A stretch of 64,000 nucleotides of DNA from Minisyncoccota bacterium (lineage in GTDB: Bacteria > Verrucomicrobiota > Verrucomicrobiia > Limisphaerales > UBA8199): NCBI GenBank assembly GCA_035452965.1, contig DAOTCE010000004.1:192666-256665 (forward strand), given 5' to 3'. Under the pieces are notes generated by a model. The model did not search any database. It was not told where the DNA came from and worked only from the letters and a program-made list of their open reading frames with translations. Both the position numbers and the translations under genes were made by a program. Below are positions 1 to 8,846 of this stretch, in pieces. The number at the start of each line of letters is the position of its first letter. The first letter of the stretch is position 1.

Positions 1-2113
1 CCTGCACCTGGTAAGTCGTGCCGACCTGGGTGTCAAAGGTCACCTCTGCCGCCGTGTAGATTTGGACCGTGTTGGTGGGGGTGGAGCCGCCCAGTTTGGT
101 GCCATTGGCCCACACCACGCCGCCGGGGACGGAAACGCCCGGAATCAGCGGATTGAGGCCCAGCGAGTACTTCAGCCAGTTGGGGATGCCGTCGCCGGCT
201 GGAGTGGCATCGGCGCCGGCGTTCGGGGCGGTCGCCGAACCAAAATACTGTACCTGCCAGGTGTAAAACTGGAGGTCCGACGGGCTCAGGTAACTGACGT
301 TCGGTTTGCCCGTCAGGTCGGCGATCGAGGTCTTGAGCACGCCCACCGCGTAAGACAGGTTGTGGATTCCGTAGCTGCCGTCTTCCACCACGAACAGGTA
401 GTTGTACGCTGCCCGCAATTGAGGCTTGGTCCAGCTCGACGTGATGGCGAGATTCGAAGGCGAGTGATTGGTCTTCGCCACGCCGACGGGCGGCAGCATC
501 GCCGCCAGCGTGCTTAACAGGCCTTTCACTTCGGTCTGCACGCCTTCCACGACGCCGTTTCCGTCATAGTCCTGACGCTTGAAGTCGAAGCCCCCAATGG
601 CCCCATGGCAGGCCACACAAGCGCCCGTAAGCTCGACCGTCTGGGTGCCGTTATGCCAACTGGGAGAGAAGGTATGACCGCCTGCATGGCTGATAACATT
701 GGTGTCGGTGACCGTCTGCATGTGGCAGGTGACACAGGAATCTGCGACCACCTCGCGGTGAGCTGAACTGGGGATCACCTTGCCGTAGTTCACAGCGTTG
801 GCGCCCGCCAGCATATCAGCTTGCGGTCCATGGTGCGGCCCGTAGCGGTTGCTGCCCGCGGTGATTTCCACATAGTTCGTGGCGTCGCGGCGGCTCATGT
901 GGCAGTTCATGCACAGGAGGCCCTTTCCGGCGGTGTTGGTCGTGATCGTGGTTTTCTTGTCCATGAGCGTCACCGGCGCGGAGGTGCGGAGCTGATGCGG
1001 GTTGGCGGCATCATGCGGCTCGTGGCAGGCGGTGCAAGTGATCACCTCGTAAGGCACTTCCACCGCGGGCGCCCCGGCCGTATAATTGATGAAGCCTTGG
1101 GCCGTGTGACATCGCGAGCAGGCCGCCTCGGTTTCCTCTACCGCCACCGCATGACGGGAGTTATACCATTCGGCGCCCTTGATGTGGTGGGTCGGGGCAT
1201 CATGGCACTGGTTGCAATCACCGGAAGCAAGAGTCTTGCTGATCATGCTGGGATCTCCCAGCGAGAAAGCATGCTGGCTGCCGGGGCCGTGGCAGTTCTC
1301 GCATTGGATATTGGCCAGATTCTGCAACTTCGCCGGCATCGCCGCCCAGTTGGTGGGAGCGAGCACCGCGGGGAAAGCCCAGCCAACCTCGTCGGCAACA
1401 TCGTCAAACCCGCCATTGACAGGGTTGACAATTGCGTTGGTGTTGGGGTCGAAGCCGACGGTGTGGCATGAGATGCAGGAGGATCGGTAGAAGCCCAGTT
1501 CGCCATTGATGCCTTTAGTGAAGATGTGCGCGTGGGCCGTGTTGGTCCAAGGTGTGTATTTGTCTGGCGCCCCGCTGCCGCCGCTGTGGCAGAGGATGCA
1601 GGTCTCAAGGCCCATGTATCTGCCCGCGGTGATAGTCGTGCTCAAAGTGGCCGAGCCGCTGCCGGTCGTGACAACCGTGGCAAAGACCTTGTACTGCCCC
1701 ACAACGTCCGGGCGCAATAACCTGCGGCCGGCCACCTGATAGCTGGAGCGGTCCGCCGGGGCATACACGGGGACATTGGCCCCGAGGGGGCTGTTGGTCA
1801 GCACAGCCTTGGAGCCCGGCGCATTGGTCAGAACCAGCGCCCAGGTCACGCTGACGATCTCGGCGGGGGCGATGGCGCTGTTGATCTCGACCTGCAGGAA
1901 AGCAGGCATGCCGAGGCCAATCGTGTTCAAGCCGGGGGAAGTCTCGGTATTGGAGGCAAGCGCGTAGCTGGGATTGGAGATGTCCCCAGGCGTCAGCGGG
2001 CGCAAGACGAGCCGGCCGTTGAGGGCCGCGGCGGCTCCAGCCGTCATCGCGGCGACCATCGTCATCAGCACAACCGCCAGCAGGCAGGTCGTGGCTTCAT
2101 TGGTGTGTTTCAT
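1..2113 (-). CDS. multihaem c-type cytochrome (9 CXXCH), signal peptide; C-terminus lies beyond the window start
   Basis: Absent from the ORF track because there is no stop inside the window. Reverse ATG at 2113-2111 gives MKHTNEATTCLLAVVLMTMVAAMTAGAAAA, which looks like a signal peptide. Nine CXXCH motifs read on the reverse strand, with His codons at 1586, 1463, 1289, 1202, 1106, 1022, 899, 722 and 605. All nine are in phase with that ATG. My hand translation of 607 down to 2 is stop-free (..ACVACHGAIGGFDFKRQDYDGNGVVEG..AYNYLFVVEDGSYGIHN..TAAEVTFDTQVGTTYQVQ). Confidence 0.8.
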   Translation of the reverse strand, partial: MKHTNEATTCLLAVVLMTMVAAMTAGAAAALNGRLVLRPLTPGDISNPSYALASNTETSPGLNTIGLGMPAFLQVEINSAIAPAEIVSVTWALVLTNAPGSKAVLTNSPLGANVPVYAPADRSSYQVAGRRLLRPDVVGQYKVFATVVTTGSGSATLSTTITAGRYMGLETCILCHSGGSGAPDKYTPWTNTAHAHIFTKGINGELGFYRSSCISCHTVGFDPNTNAIVNPVNGGFDDVADEVGWAFPAVLAPTNWAAMPAKLQNLANIQCENCHGPGSQHAFSLGDPSMISKTLASGDCNQCHDAPTHHIKGAEWYNSRHAVAVEETEAACSRCHTAQGFINYTAGAPAVEVPYEVITCTACHEPHDAANPHQLRTSAPVTLMDKKTTITTNTAGKGLLCMNCHMSRRDATNYVEITAGSNRYGPHHGPQADMLAGANAVNYGKVIPSSAHREVVADSCVTCHMQTVTDTNVISHAGGHTFSPSWHNGTQTVELTGACVACHGAIGGFDFKRQDYDGNGVVEGVQTEVKGLLSTLAAMLPPVGVAKTNHSPSNLAITSSWTKPQLRAAYNYLFVVEDGSYGIHNLSYAVGVLKTSIADLTGKPNVSYLSPSDLQFYTWQVQYFGSATAPNAGADATPAGDGIPNWLKYSLGLNPLIPGVSVPGGVVWANGTKLGGSTPTNTVQIYTAAEVTFDTQVGTTYQVQ

Positions 2114-2264
2114 ACTTAGCACGTGCTTTCTTCTGCTTAATTGGGTTTTACGAACTAGCGACAGCACTGGTTTCCGACGGGAGTTTGGCCGGCCAGCGAG
2201 CTTACTGCCTGGCGCTCTCGTCAAAAGTTTTTCGTTGTTCATGCAAACGGCGTCTTGCCGGGAT

Positions 2265-3350
2265 CTAACCGGCGCAGACTGCTACCCCATTGAACGCCCA
2301 GTCGGGCGGCGACTGCTGGCGCGCGGCCCCGTCCTTCGCTGGCGCGGGTGTCAAGCGGGCCATCAATGCCGCCGTTCGCTCGCTGATGATCGCCCGGCAG
2401 CGGGCCAATTCCTGTTCGCGCTGGCGCACATTCTCGCGCACAATTGCTTCGAGGTGGTCCACGTTGTAAAGGTAAACGCTGTCGAGCTGCTCCACGTCCG
2501 GGGCGATGTCCCGCGGCACGGCGATGTCTATGAGAAACAGGGGGCGGTCCCGGCGCCGGGCCATGACCCGGGCCACTTCCTCGCGGTGCAGAATGGTCTG
2601 TGGAGAGCCGGTCGAGCTGACCACAATGTCCGCTGCGGCCATCGCCGGCAGGCAATCGTCGAAGCGAACCGCGCGGCCGCCGAATTCGGCGGCCAGGTTC
2701 AGCGCCCGGTCGTAAGAGCGGTTCGAGACAAGGATCGAGCGCGCGCCTTTCTTGGCGAGGTGCCGCACGCAGGCTTCGCCCATCTTGCCCGCGCCAAGGA
2801 TCATGACCGTCCTGGTGGCCAGGTCCCGGTCGAAAATCCGTTCCGCGAGTTCGACGGCGACGCTGCCAACGGAGGTCGCGCCGCGGCCGATGCCCGTCTG
2901 GGTCCGTATCTCTTTCGCTGCCTGCAGTGCCGTCTGAAAGAGCCGGTTCGTCACACGGCCGGTCAGCTTGGCGGCCTGTGCGGCCAGGTAGGCTTGCTTG
3001 ACCTGGCCGGTGATCTCGGTCTCGCCAAGCACCATCGAATCCAGGCCGCTGGCCACCGAGAAGAGATGCTCTATAGCCTCGGCCCCTTCCTTGACGTAAA
3101 GGTGCGCCGCCAGGTCGGCTTCGCCCGTGGAGAACTGCTCGAAGAGCCGCTGAATGTTGCCGTTGACCTTCTCCGCGACGCCGTAGATTTCCACCCGGTT
3201 GCAGGTGGACAGGAGCACCAGTTCGTCCAGGTTGCCGCCCACTTTCAGGCGGCAGCCGCTGCAGCGCAAGCGGGAGGGATGGACTGCCAGTTTCTCGCGC
3301 AGCTCCACTGGCGCGGTCCGATAACTCAATCCGGCAAGGAAGAGTTTCAT
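2265..3350 (-). CDS. hemA: glutamyl-tRNA reductase
   Basis: The track ORF is 2265..3431. MKLFLAGLSYRTAPVELREKLA is the canonical HemA N-terminus, so I moved the start to the ATG at 3350. Also present are LSTCNRVE (catalytic Cys) and ILGAGKMGE (Rossmann motif). Confidence 0.92.
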   Translation of the reverse strand: MKLFLAGLSYRTAPVELREKLAVHPSRLRCSGCRLKVGGNLDELVLLSTCNRVEIYGVAEKVNGNIQRLFEQFSTGEADLAAHLYVKEGAEAIEHLFSVASGLDSMVLGETEITGQVKQAYLAAQAAKLTGRVTNRLFQTALQAAKEIRTQTGIGRGATSVGSVAVELAERIFDRDLATRTVMILGAGKMGEACVRHLAKKGARSILVSNRSYDRALNLAAEFGGRAVRFDDCLPAMAAADIVVSSTGSPQTILHREEVARVMARRRDRPLFLIDIAVPRDIAPDVEQLDSVYLYNVDHLEAIVRENVRQREQELARCRAIISERTAALMARLTPAPAKDGAARQQSPPDWAFNGVAVCAG

Positions 3351-3830
3351 GCAGCGGCGGCGGCAACGAGCAGAAAACCCGCCAGCAGCCTGTCTGGCAG
3401 GGGCCTCTGGCCATATTTTGGGATTGGACAAGCTAATTCAGGTCGCCTGTTAAGCATCGGCCAACAAGATTAGCCAGAAGCCGACATTCTGCTCGCCATC
3501 CCTTGCCTTTGTATTTGCATTTATTGCTATCCAAAAGCAAAATACGGAGCACTATTACTAATCTTACATTGCACATAAGAATGGTGTGCTTTATCGTGAG
3601 CCGGAAAAGGCGGCGAGTGGAAAGCCGCTAACAAACCAGGTGTGGCTGATGATTGTGGAAAGCTGTGGTTTTACGCGGGTTTCCGGGGAATACCGTTGGC
3701 GATCCGCCTTCTCGGCCTCCCCTTCTTGCCGCCTGCACCACCGCCGGACGGGCGAGGGCACCGTTCCGTTAGCCGCACGCCAGTGTTGGCTTGCGGATGG
3801 CTGGAGGATGGCTTGTCAGTGCGGTCAGAT

Positions 3831-3878
3831 CCCGGTGTGTATCCCATGGGGAGCGATCCCCATGGGATACACACCGGG
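3831..3878. repeat. perfect 22-bp inverted repeat with GCGA loop (palindromic element, copy 1)
   Basis: cccggtgtgtatcccatgggga-gcga-tccccatgggatacacaccggg. Intergenic, between the CBM48 gene and hemA. Related copies lie at 24311 and 50332. Confidence 0.9.
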
Positions 3879-3915
3879 GTCGCACCGTGGTCAAGGCGGG
3901 GTCACCCGGTCCAGG

Positions 3916-3952
3916 CTCCCCAAACTGTCCATTTTTGAGACAGTTGGGGGAG
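3916..3952. other. second strong hairpin (13 of 14 bp, 9-nt loop) in the hemA upstream spacer
   Basis: ctccccaaactgtc-catttttga-gacagttgggggag. No flanking U-tract on either strand, so it is not a canonical terminator. Confidence 0.6.
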
Positions 3953-4177
3953 TGGGAAGGGCTAAGTCGTTTACTTCACACTCCAAGGCCGGAGCCTTGG
4001 GTTCCAGCCAGCTTCACGCGGATGGGTGTGCAATTTCGAGGGCTAATCAGCGCACTTGTTCGAGGGGATTTCGTGCTTGGTGTGAGATGAATCAGGGCCA
4101 GCTATGGATGATGCGCTCCACTCCGCGCGGCCTCCGGCCAGAGCGCCTTCCGGCACGGGTTACGGTTGCGGGCGACT

Positions 4178-4456
4178 TCAGCCCACCTCGCGAACCATGT
4201 CGAAGCCGCCAAAGGGATTAGGCACGCGATTGGTGCAGTCGGGATCCTCGCACCACTGGCCGTCCACAATGAACAGGTAGCTGTGCTTGCCCTGCGGCAG
4301 CTTAAGGCTGGTCGTCCAGACGCCATCCTTGCCCTTTTCCATCACGAGCGCCTGTTGCTGCCACTCAGTGAAATCTCCTACCAGCAGCACGCTGGTCGCT
4401 GCCGGAGCGACGTAGCGAAACATCTGCATCTTTGGTTTCTTCGATCTTCGACTCAC
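4178..4456 (-). CDS. stand-alone glycogen/starch-binding CBM48 (AMPK-beta GBD-like) protein, 92 aa
   Basis: VLLVGDFTEWQ..GVWTTSLKLPQGKHSYLFIVDGQWCEDP matches the AMPK1_CBM/CBM48 signature. Confidence 0.75.
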   Translation of the reverse strand: MSRRSKKPKMQMFRYVAPAATSVLLVGDFTEWQQQALVMEKGKDGVWTTSLKLPQGKHSYLFIVDGQWCEDPDCTNRVPNPFGGFDMVREVG

Positions 4457-4792
4457 AAGACACTTTCCTTTCCTGATTACGGAGGCCCGACCCTCTGTAT
4501 CTCCGTCCGTTCGAAGACGCCCGCCGTTTGGTATTTTCTGATACCATACTTAACCGGCGTGATGGGAGGCTCCATTCTCTCTAACCAAAAGCACTTTCAC
4601 CCCTTCGCGCCCACGGGTCAACTAAGAATTCCTGATAGCGGCAAGGAATGGGCGGACGGCTCAGCGCATTTGGCGGGTTTATAAAGGTCCCGGGAAATTA
4701 TAAGTGCAGAAGCGGGGCGAATGGTGTTTGCTTGAGGCGAGTTCATGAAACGCAGCCTAACACACAAACCACCGGGCGACGAGGTTTCCCAC

Positions 4793-4821
4793 TTGCATGG
4801 CAGGTGGGTTGCGCCTTTAAT
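4793..4821 (+). promoter_or_regulatory. candidate sigma70-type promoter of the NfeD-flotillin operon
   Basis: TTGCAT-N17-TTTAAT sits 25 nt upstream of the ATG at 4847, with a GAGG 5 nt before the ATG. Consensus matching only. Confidence 0.3.
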
Positions 4822-4846
4822 GCCAGCGACAACCTAGCGAGGCCCT

Positions 4847-5407
4847 ATGGACTTTCTTGTGTATTCGATCTGTTTCGGAGTCGGTTTGCTGTTCGCCATC
4901 GTCAGCGCGTTCCTGGGGCATCTGTTTGGCGGACACGATCTGGACACGGATGTGGGGACGGGGGGCCATGCCGAAGCCGGGTTCTCGGATACGGGCATGC
5001 CAGGCCTGTCGCCTTTCAGCCCTACCACCATTACGTCGTTTATCACAGCGTTCGGCGGCCTGGGTATGATCTTCACGAAGATCGAGACCACCAGCAGCCC
5101 CTGGGTCAGCGCGCCGCTCGCGTTGTTGGGCGCGCTGGTCATCGCCGCCGGGGTGGTGTGGCTGTTCGGGACGATCTTTCACAAGGTGGACGCCTCCAGC
5201 GAGTCGCGCGTGGCGACGCTGGTGGGCATGAGCGCGACGGTCATCACGCCTATCCCGGCGGATGGCGTGGGGGAAATCGCTTATGTACAGTCCGGCTCGC
5301 GCTACACCGCGCCGGCGCGCAATGAGCGCAACACCCCGGTGGCCGGCGGTCAGACCGTGAAGATCGTCCGCATCGTCGGCACCCAGTTCTACGTCACGGC
5401 CATCTGA
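4847..5407 (+). CDS. NfeD-family membrane protein
   Basis: Membrane helices followed by a C-terminal OB-like segment (GMSATVITPIPADGVGEIAYV..GGQTVKIVRIVGTQFYV). It lies immediately upstream of flotillin, which is the classical pairing. Confidence 0.8.
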   Translation: MDFLVYSICFGVGLLFAIVSAFLGHLFGGHDLDTDVGTGGHAEAGFSDTGMPGLSPFSPTTITSFITAFGGLGMIFTKIETTSSPWVSAPLALLGALVIAAGVVWLFGTIFHKVDASSESRVATLVGMSATVITPIPADGVGEIAYVQSGSRYTAPARNERNTPVAGGQTVKIVRIVGTQFYVTAI

Positions 5408-5446
5408 TGTGATTGACCCCGATAACCCTTAACTCCCGTTCAAACT

Positions 5447-6985
5447 ATGCCAAATCATACCTTCTTCCTCGCTGAAGCCTTCCTCGGTGGCACCGTCGCC
5501 TCAGTGGTCGTCGGCCTTGTCGTCGTCATTGTGATCTTTGCGGCTATCTGGGCCAGCCGCTACGTCAAGGTCGGCCCGAACGAAGTGCTGGTGGTCTCCG
5601 GCCGCCGGCACCGCTACACCGATCCGGATGGGACGGCGCAGGTTCGCGGGTTCCGGGTGCGGAAAGGCGGCGGCACGTTCGTGATCCCCGTAATCGAGAA
5701 GGTGGACCGGCTCTCGCTGGAGTTGCTGACCATTGACGTGAAGCAGGAGCAGGATGTCTATACCAGCAAAGGCGTGCCGGTTCGCGTGGACGGCGTCGCT
5801 CAAATCAAAGTGAAGGGCGACGACATCTCCATTGCGACCGCCGCCGAGCAGTTCCTGAGCAAGAGCAACGAGGACATCAAGGAAATTGCCAACCAAACCC
5901 TGGAGGGGCACCTGCGCGCCATCCTGGGCACGATGACGGTAGAGGACATCTACCAGAATCGCGATGCCTTCGCCCAAAAGGTGCAGGAGGTAGCGGCTGG
6001 CGACATGGCGAACATGGGCCTGGGCATCGTGAGCTTCACCATCAGAGACATTCGCGACAGCCAGGGCTACCTGGACGCGCTGGGCAAACCGCGCATCGCG
6101 CAGGTCAAACGCGACGCCATTATCGCCCAGGCCGAGGCGGACCGCGACGCCACCATCCGTTCCGCCCAGGCCAACCAGGCCGGGCAGGAAGCCAAATTCC
6201 AGGCCGACACGAAGGTGGCCGAGGCGCAGCGGGATTACCAATCCAACGTCGCCCAGTACCAGGCGGCGGTGAACCAGAAGAAGGCCGAGGCCGACCTGGC
6301 GTATGACCTGCAGAAGTACAAGACCGGCCAGTTGGTCAAGGCGGAGGAAGTGCAGGTCAACATCGTCGAGAAGCAGAAGCAGATCGAGCTGCAGCAGCAG
6401 GAAATCCTGCGCAAGCAGCGCGAGCTGGAGGCCAACGTGCAGAAGCCGGCCGACGCCGAGCGCTACAAGGTCGAGACTCTGGCCAACGCCCGCAAGTTCC
6501 AGTTGGAGACCGAGGCCGCGGGCGCGGCGTCGGCGACCAAGGCGACCGGGTTTGCCAACGCCGACGTGGTCAAGGCCACCGGTGTCGCCGAAGCCGACGC
6601 CAATAAAGCTCGCGGTTTGGCCGAAGCTTCGGTCATCGAAGCGCAGGGCAAGGCGACCGCCGAAGCGATGCGCGTCAAGGCCGAGTCCTTCAAGCAATAC
6701 AACGAAGCGGCGGTGGTGGAGATGATCATCCGCGTGCTGCCCGAGGTGGCCGGCAAGATCAGCGAACCGCTGGCCAAGACCGAGAAGATGGTCATCATCA
6801 ACTCGGGCGCCGGCGTGGGCGGCGGCGCCAGCAAGCTTACCGGTGATGTGACGCAGATAGTCGCCCAGCTCCCGCCGGTGATAGAGAGCCTGACGGGCAT
6901 CAAGTTCGAGAAGTTGCTCGAACAGGTGCCTGCGCTCCGGCAGTCGTTAGAGAAGGGCGATGAAAAGACGAAAGGAACCCCATGA
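5447..6985 (+). CDS. flotillin (SPFH/Band 7 family)
   Basis: N-terminal TM helix, an SPFH core (VVSGRR..FVIPVIEKVDRLSLELLTIDV..) and a long A/E/Q/K-rich coiled-coil tail typical of FloT/YuaG-like flotillins. Confidence 0.9.
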   Translation: MPNHTFFLAEAFLGGTVASVVVGLVVVIVIFAAIWASRYVKVGPNEVLVVSGRRHRYTDPDGTAQVRGFRVRKGGGTFVIPVIEKVDRLSLELLTIDVKQEQDVYTSKGVPVRVDGVAQIKVKGDDISIATAAEQFLSKSNEDIKEIANQTLEGHLRAILGTMTVEDIYQNRDAFAQKVQEVAAGDMANMGLGIVSFTIRDIRDSQGYLDALGKPRIAQVKRDAIIAQAEADRDATIRSAQANQAGQEAKFQADTKVAEAQRDYQSNVAQYQAAVNQKKAEADLAYDLQKYKTGQLVKAEEVQVNIVEKQKQIELQQQEILRKQRELEANVQKPADAERYKVETLANARKFQLETEAAGAASATKATGFANADVVKATGVAEADANKARGLAEASVIEAQGKATAEAMRVKAESFKQYNEAAVVEMIIRVLPEVAGKISEPLAKTEKMVIINSGAGVGGGASKLTGDVTQIVAQLPPVIESLTGIKFEKLLEQVPALRQSLEKGDEKTKGTP

Positions 6986-7203
6986 GTAATGTTGACGCCT
7001 ATTACCGAATAGCTTTCTTTCTGGTTGGAGGGCTGTTCTTCCTCGCCTGCTTCGTGTTCTGGGTGTGGATGCTCATTCACGCCATCAAGAACAAGGGGCT
7101 GAGCGACACCGAGAAGATCGTTTGGGTCCTGGTGATCCTGTTTGTGCATGTCATCGGGGCCCTGATCTACTTCTTTGTGGGCCGGCCCAAAGCGAGCGGC
7201 TAG
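6982..7203 (+). CDS. PLDc_N-type small membrane protein (73 aa)
   Basis: WVWMLIHAIKNKGLSDTEKIVWVLVILFVHVIGALIYFFVGR. The ATG overlaps the flotillin stop (ATGA). Confidence 0.75.
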   Translation: MSNVDAYYRIAFFLVGGLFFLACFVFWVWMLIHAIKNKGLSDTEKIVWVLVILFVHVIGALIYFFVGRPKASG

Positions 7204-7224
7204 CGGCCGCTACTGGCAGCGGCT

Positions 7225-8118
7225 ATGCGGCTCTTTGAGGCCATCATAGACGCCAATCACCGCGCGATCGCGGGTGACCAGGCGGCGGGCCTGCGCCCGG
7301 CGGAGTTCCAGAGCGAGCTGCCCGTAGTGGCGCTGACCTGCATAGACGTGCGGCTCAACCCGCTGCTGCCGGAGGTGCTGGGCCTGCCGGAGGAGCAGTT
7401 CATCTGGCTGCGCAACGCGGGCAACGTCATCACCGGCCCGCTCAGCAGCACCATGCGGTCGCTGGCGCTGGCCTGCGTGGTCAAGGGCGGGAAGGAGATC
7501 GCCATCATCGGCCACACCGATTGCCAGGTCAGCAAGACGACGACCATGGAGCTGCTGGACCGGTTTCGGGCGTTGGGGATCGAGCGGAACCTGCTGCCCG
7601 CCAACGTGAACGAGTTCTTTGGCATGTTTGCCAGCCCGAGGGCCAACGTCATCAAGGCGGCGGACATCGTGCGCCAGAGCCCGCTGATCGGACCCAGGAT
7701 TCCCGTCCACGGCCTGCTGGTGGACATCGAGACGGGCAAGCTGGAATGGCTCGTGAACGGCTATCAATCGCTCGACACGATGGCCACGCGCATGAACAGG
7801 GCCCTCGCCTCCGCCGGGCAGACCGTGGACGCCTTGAAGGCGCTGACCGACTTTGAGATCGGCGGGATCAAGTTCTCCGAGACGAAGATCGGCGACACGG
7901 TCACCAAGGCGGAGGACTGGCTTTCGGGAAAGCTCCGCGAACTGGAGATCCAACCTCCGCCGGTTGTGCCAGCCGCGCAGCCAGAGACTCCCTTGCTGCA
8001 GGCTTCGGCCAAAGCGTGGCTCCGGGAGAAGGAGCAGCAGAAGGCCGGTGTGCCGCCTAAAATTTCGCCTCCGACCCCCGCCAAGCCACGACTCCGTTTT
8101 CAAAAGAAGCCCCGGTGA
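7225..8118 (+). CDS. beta-class carbonic anhydrase-like protein with a Pro/Lys-rich C-terminal extension
   Basis: CxDxR (LTCIDVRL) and HxxC (GHTDCQ) zinc-site motifs, with an N-terminal IIDANHRAIAG. About 110 extra C-terminal residues. Confidence 0.75.
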   Translation: MRLFEAIIDANHRAIAGDQAAGLRPAEFQSELPVVALTCIDVRLNPLLPEVLGLPEEQFIWLRNAGNVITGPLSSTMRSLALACVVKGGKEIAIIGHTDCQVSKTTTMELLDRFRALGIERNLLPANVNEFFGMFASPRANVIKAADIVRQSPLIGPRIPVHGLLVDIETGKLEWLVNGYQSLDTMATRMNRALASAGQTVDALKALTDFEIGGIKFSETKIGDTVTKAEDWLSGKLRELEIQPPPVVPAAQPETPLLQASAKAWLREKEQQKAGVPPKISPPTPAKPRLRFQKKPR

Positions 8119-8810
8119 CCGAACAAGCCGTCAAACCCCGCCGAGGCTGCTTCTTTTATGGGTGCATCACCAGCCTGGTGCTGCTGGTGTTGCTGCTGGC
8201 CGCCGGGCTGATTGGCCTGCACTACATGAAAAAGCTGGTCAATCGCTACACCGACACCCAGCCGATGAAGTTGCCGGCGGTGCAGATGCCGCCGGGCGAA
8301 GTCCGCAAGCTGAAACAGCGGTTCGGGGCCTTCGAGCAGGCGGTCGGCGAGCACCGACCCGCCCCCACGCTGGCGTTGACCGCGGACGACATCAACGCGC
8401 TGGTCTCCAGTGTCCTGGAGCAGCAGCCCACGCAAGGCAATATTCATGTCACCCTCGAAGGCGATCGGATGCGGGGCCAAGTGAGTGTGCCGATGCAAGA
8501 AATCGGCTTGAGCATGTTCAAGGGCAGATACCTGAACGGCAGCGCGACGTTCAACCTAGCCTTCCGCGACGGCGCGCTGTTTGTGACGGCGCAGACCGTC
8601 ACCGTCAAAGGCAAACCGCTGCCGGAAGCGCTCATGCAGGCAGTCCGGAGAGAACCTGGCGGCTCGCCTGGCCGGGGAACCGCGGGCGGTGGCCGTGCTG
8701 CAAGGGCTGGAGGATATCCGAATTCAGGAAGGGAGGCTCGTGATAGTGCCGAAGGAGAGGCAATGATGGTTCGCCTTGAAAACAGCGGAGTACTGTTCCC
8801 GGCCGCCTGA
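8115..8810 (+). CDS. membrane-anchored hypothetical protein; 3' end possibly frameshifted (alternative stop at 8766)
   Basis: The GTG start overlaps the carbonic anhydrase stop (GTGA). One TM helix (CITSLVLLVLLLAAGLIGL). After about 8647 the called frame becomes G/R/A-rich with poor GC3, while the +1 frame reads ENLAARLAGEPRAVAVLQGLEDIRIQEGRLVIVPKERQ*. Confidence 0.6.
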   Translation: MTEQAVKPRRGCFFYGCITSLVLLVLLLAAGLIGLHYMKKLVNRYTDTQPMKLPAVQMPPGEVRKLKQRFGAFEQAVGEHRPAPTLALTADDINALVSSVLEQQPTQGNIHVTLEGDRMRGQVSVPMQEIGLSMFKGRYLNGSATFNLAFRDGALFVTAQTVTVKGKPLPEALMQAVRREPGGSPGRGTAGGGRAARAGGYPNSGREARDSAEGEAMMVRLENSGVLFPAA

Positions 8811-8846
8811 CGCGCCATGACGCGCACTCCTCCGGCCCGCCCCGGA

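Noticed and set aside
3831-3878. The palindromic elements as the ends of a transposon or MITE carrying cargo.
   Set aside because: There is no transposase, no target-site duplication that I could see, and no paired distant terminal repeats. Each copy is a self-contained hairpin. I report it as a REP-like element instead.
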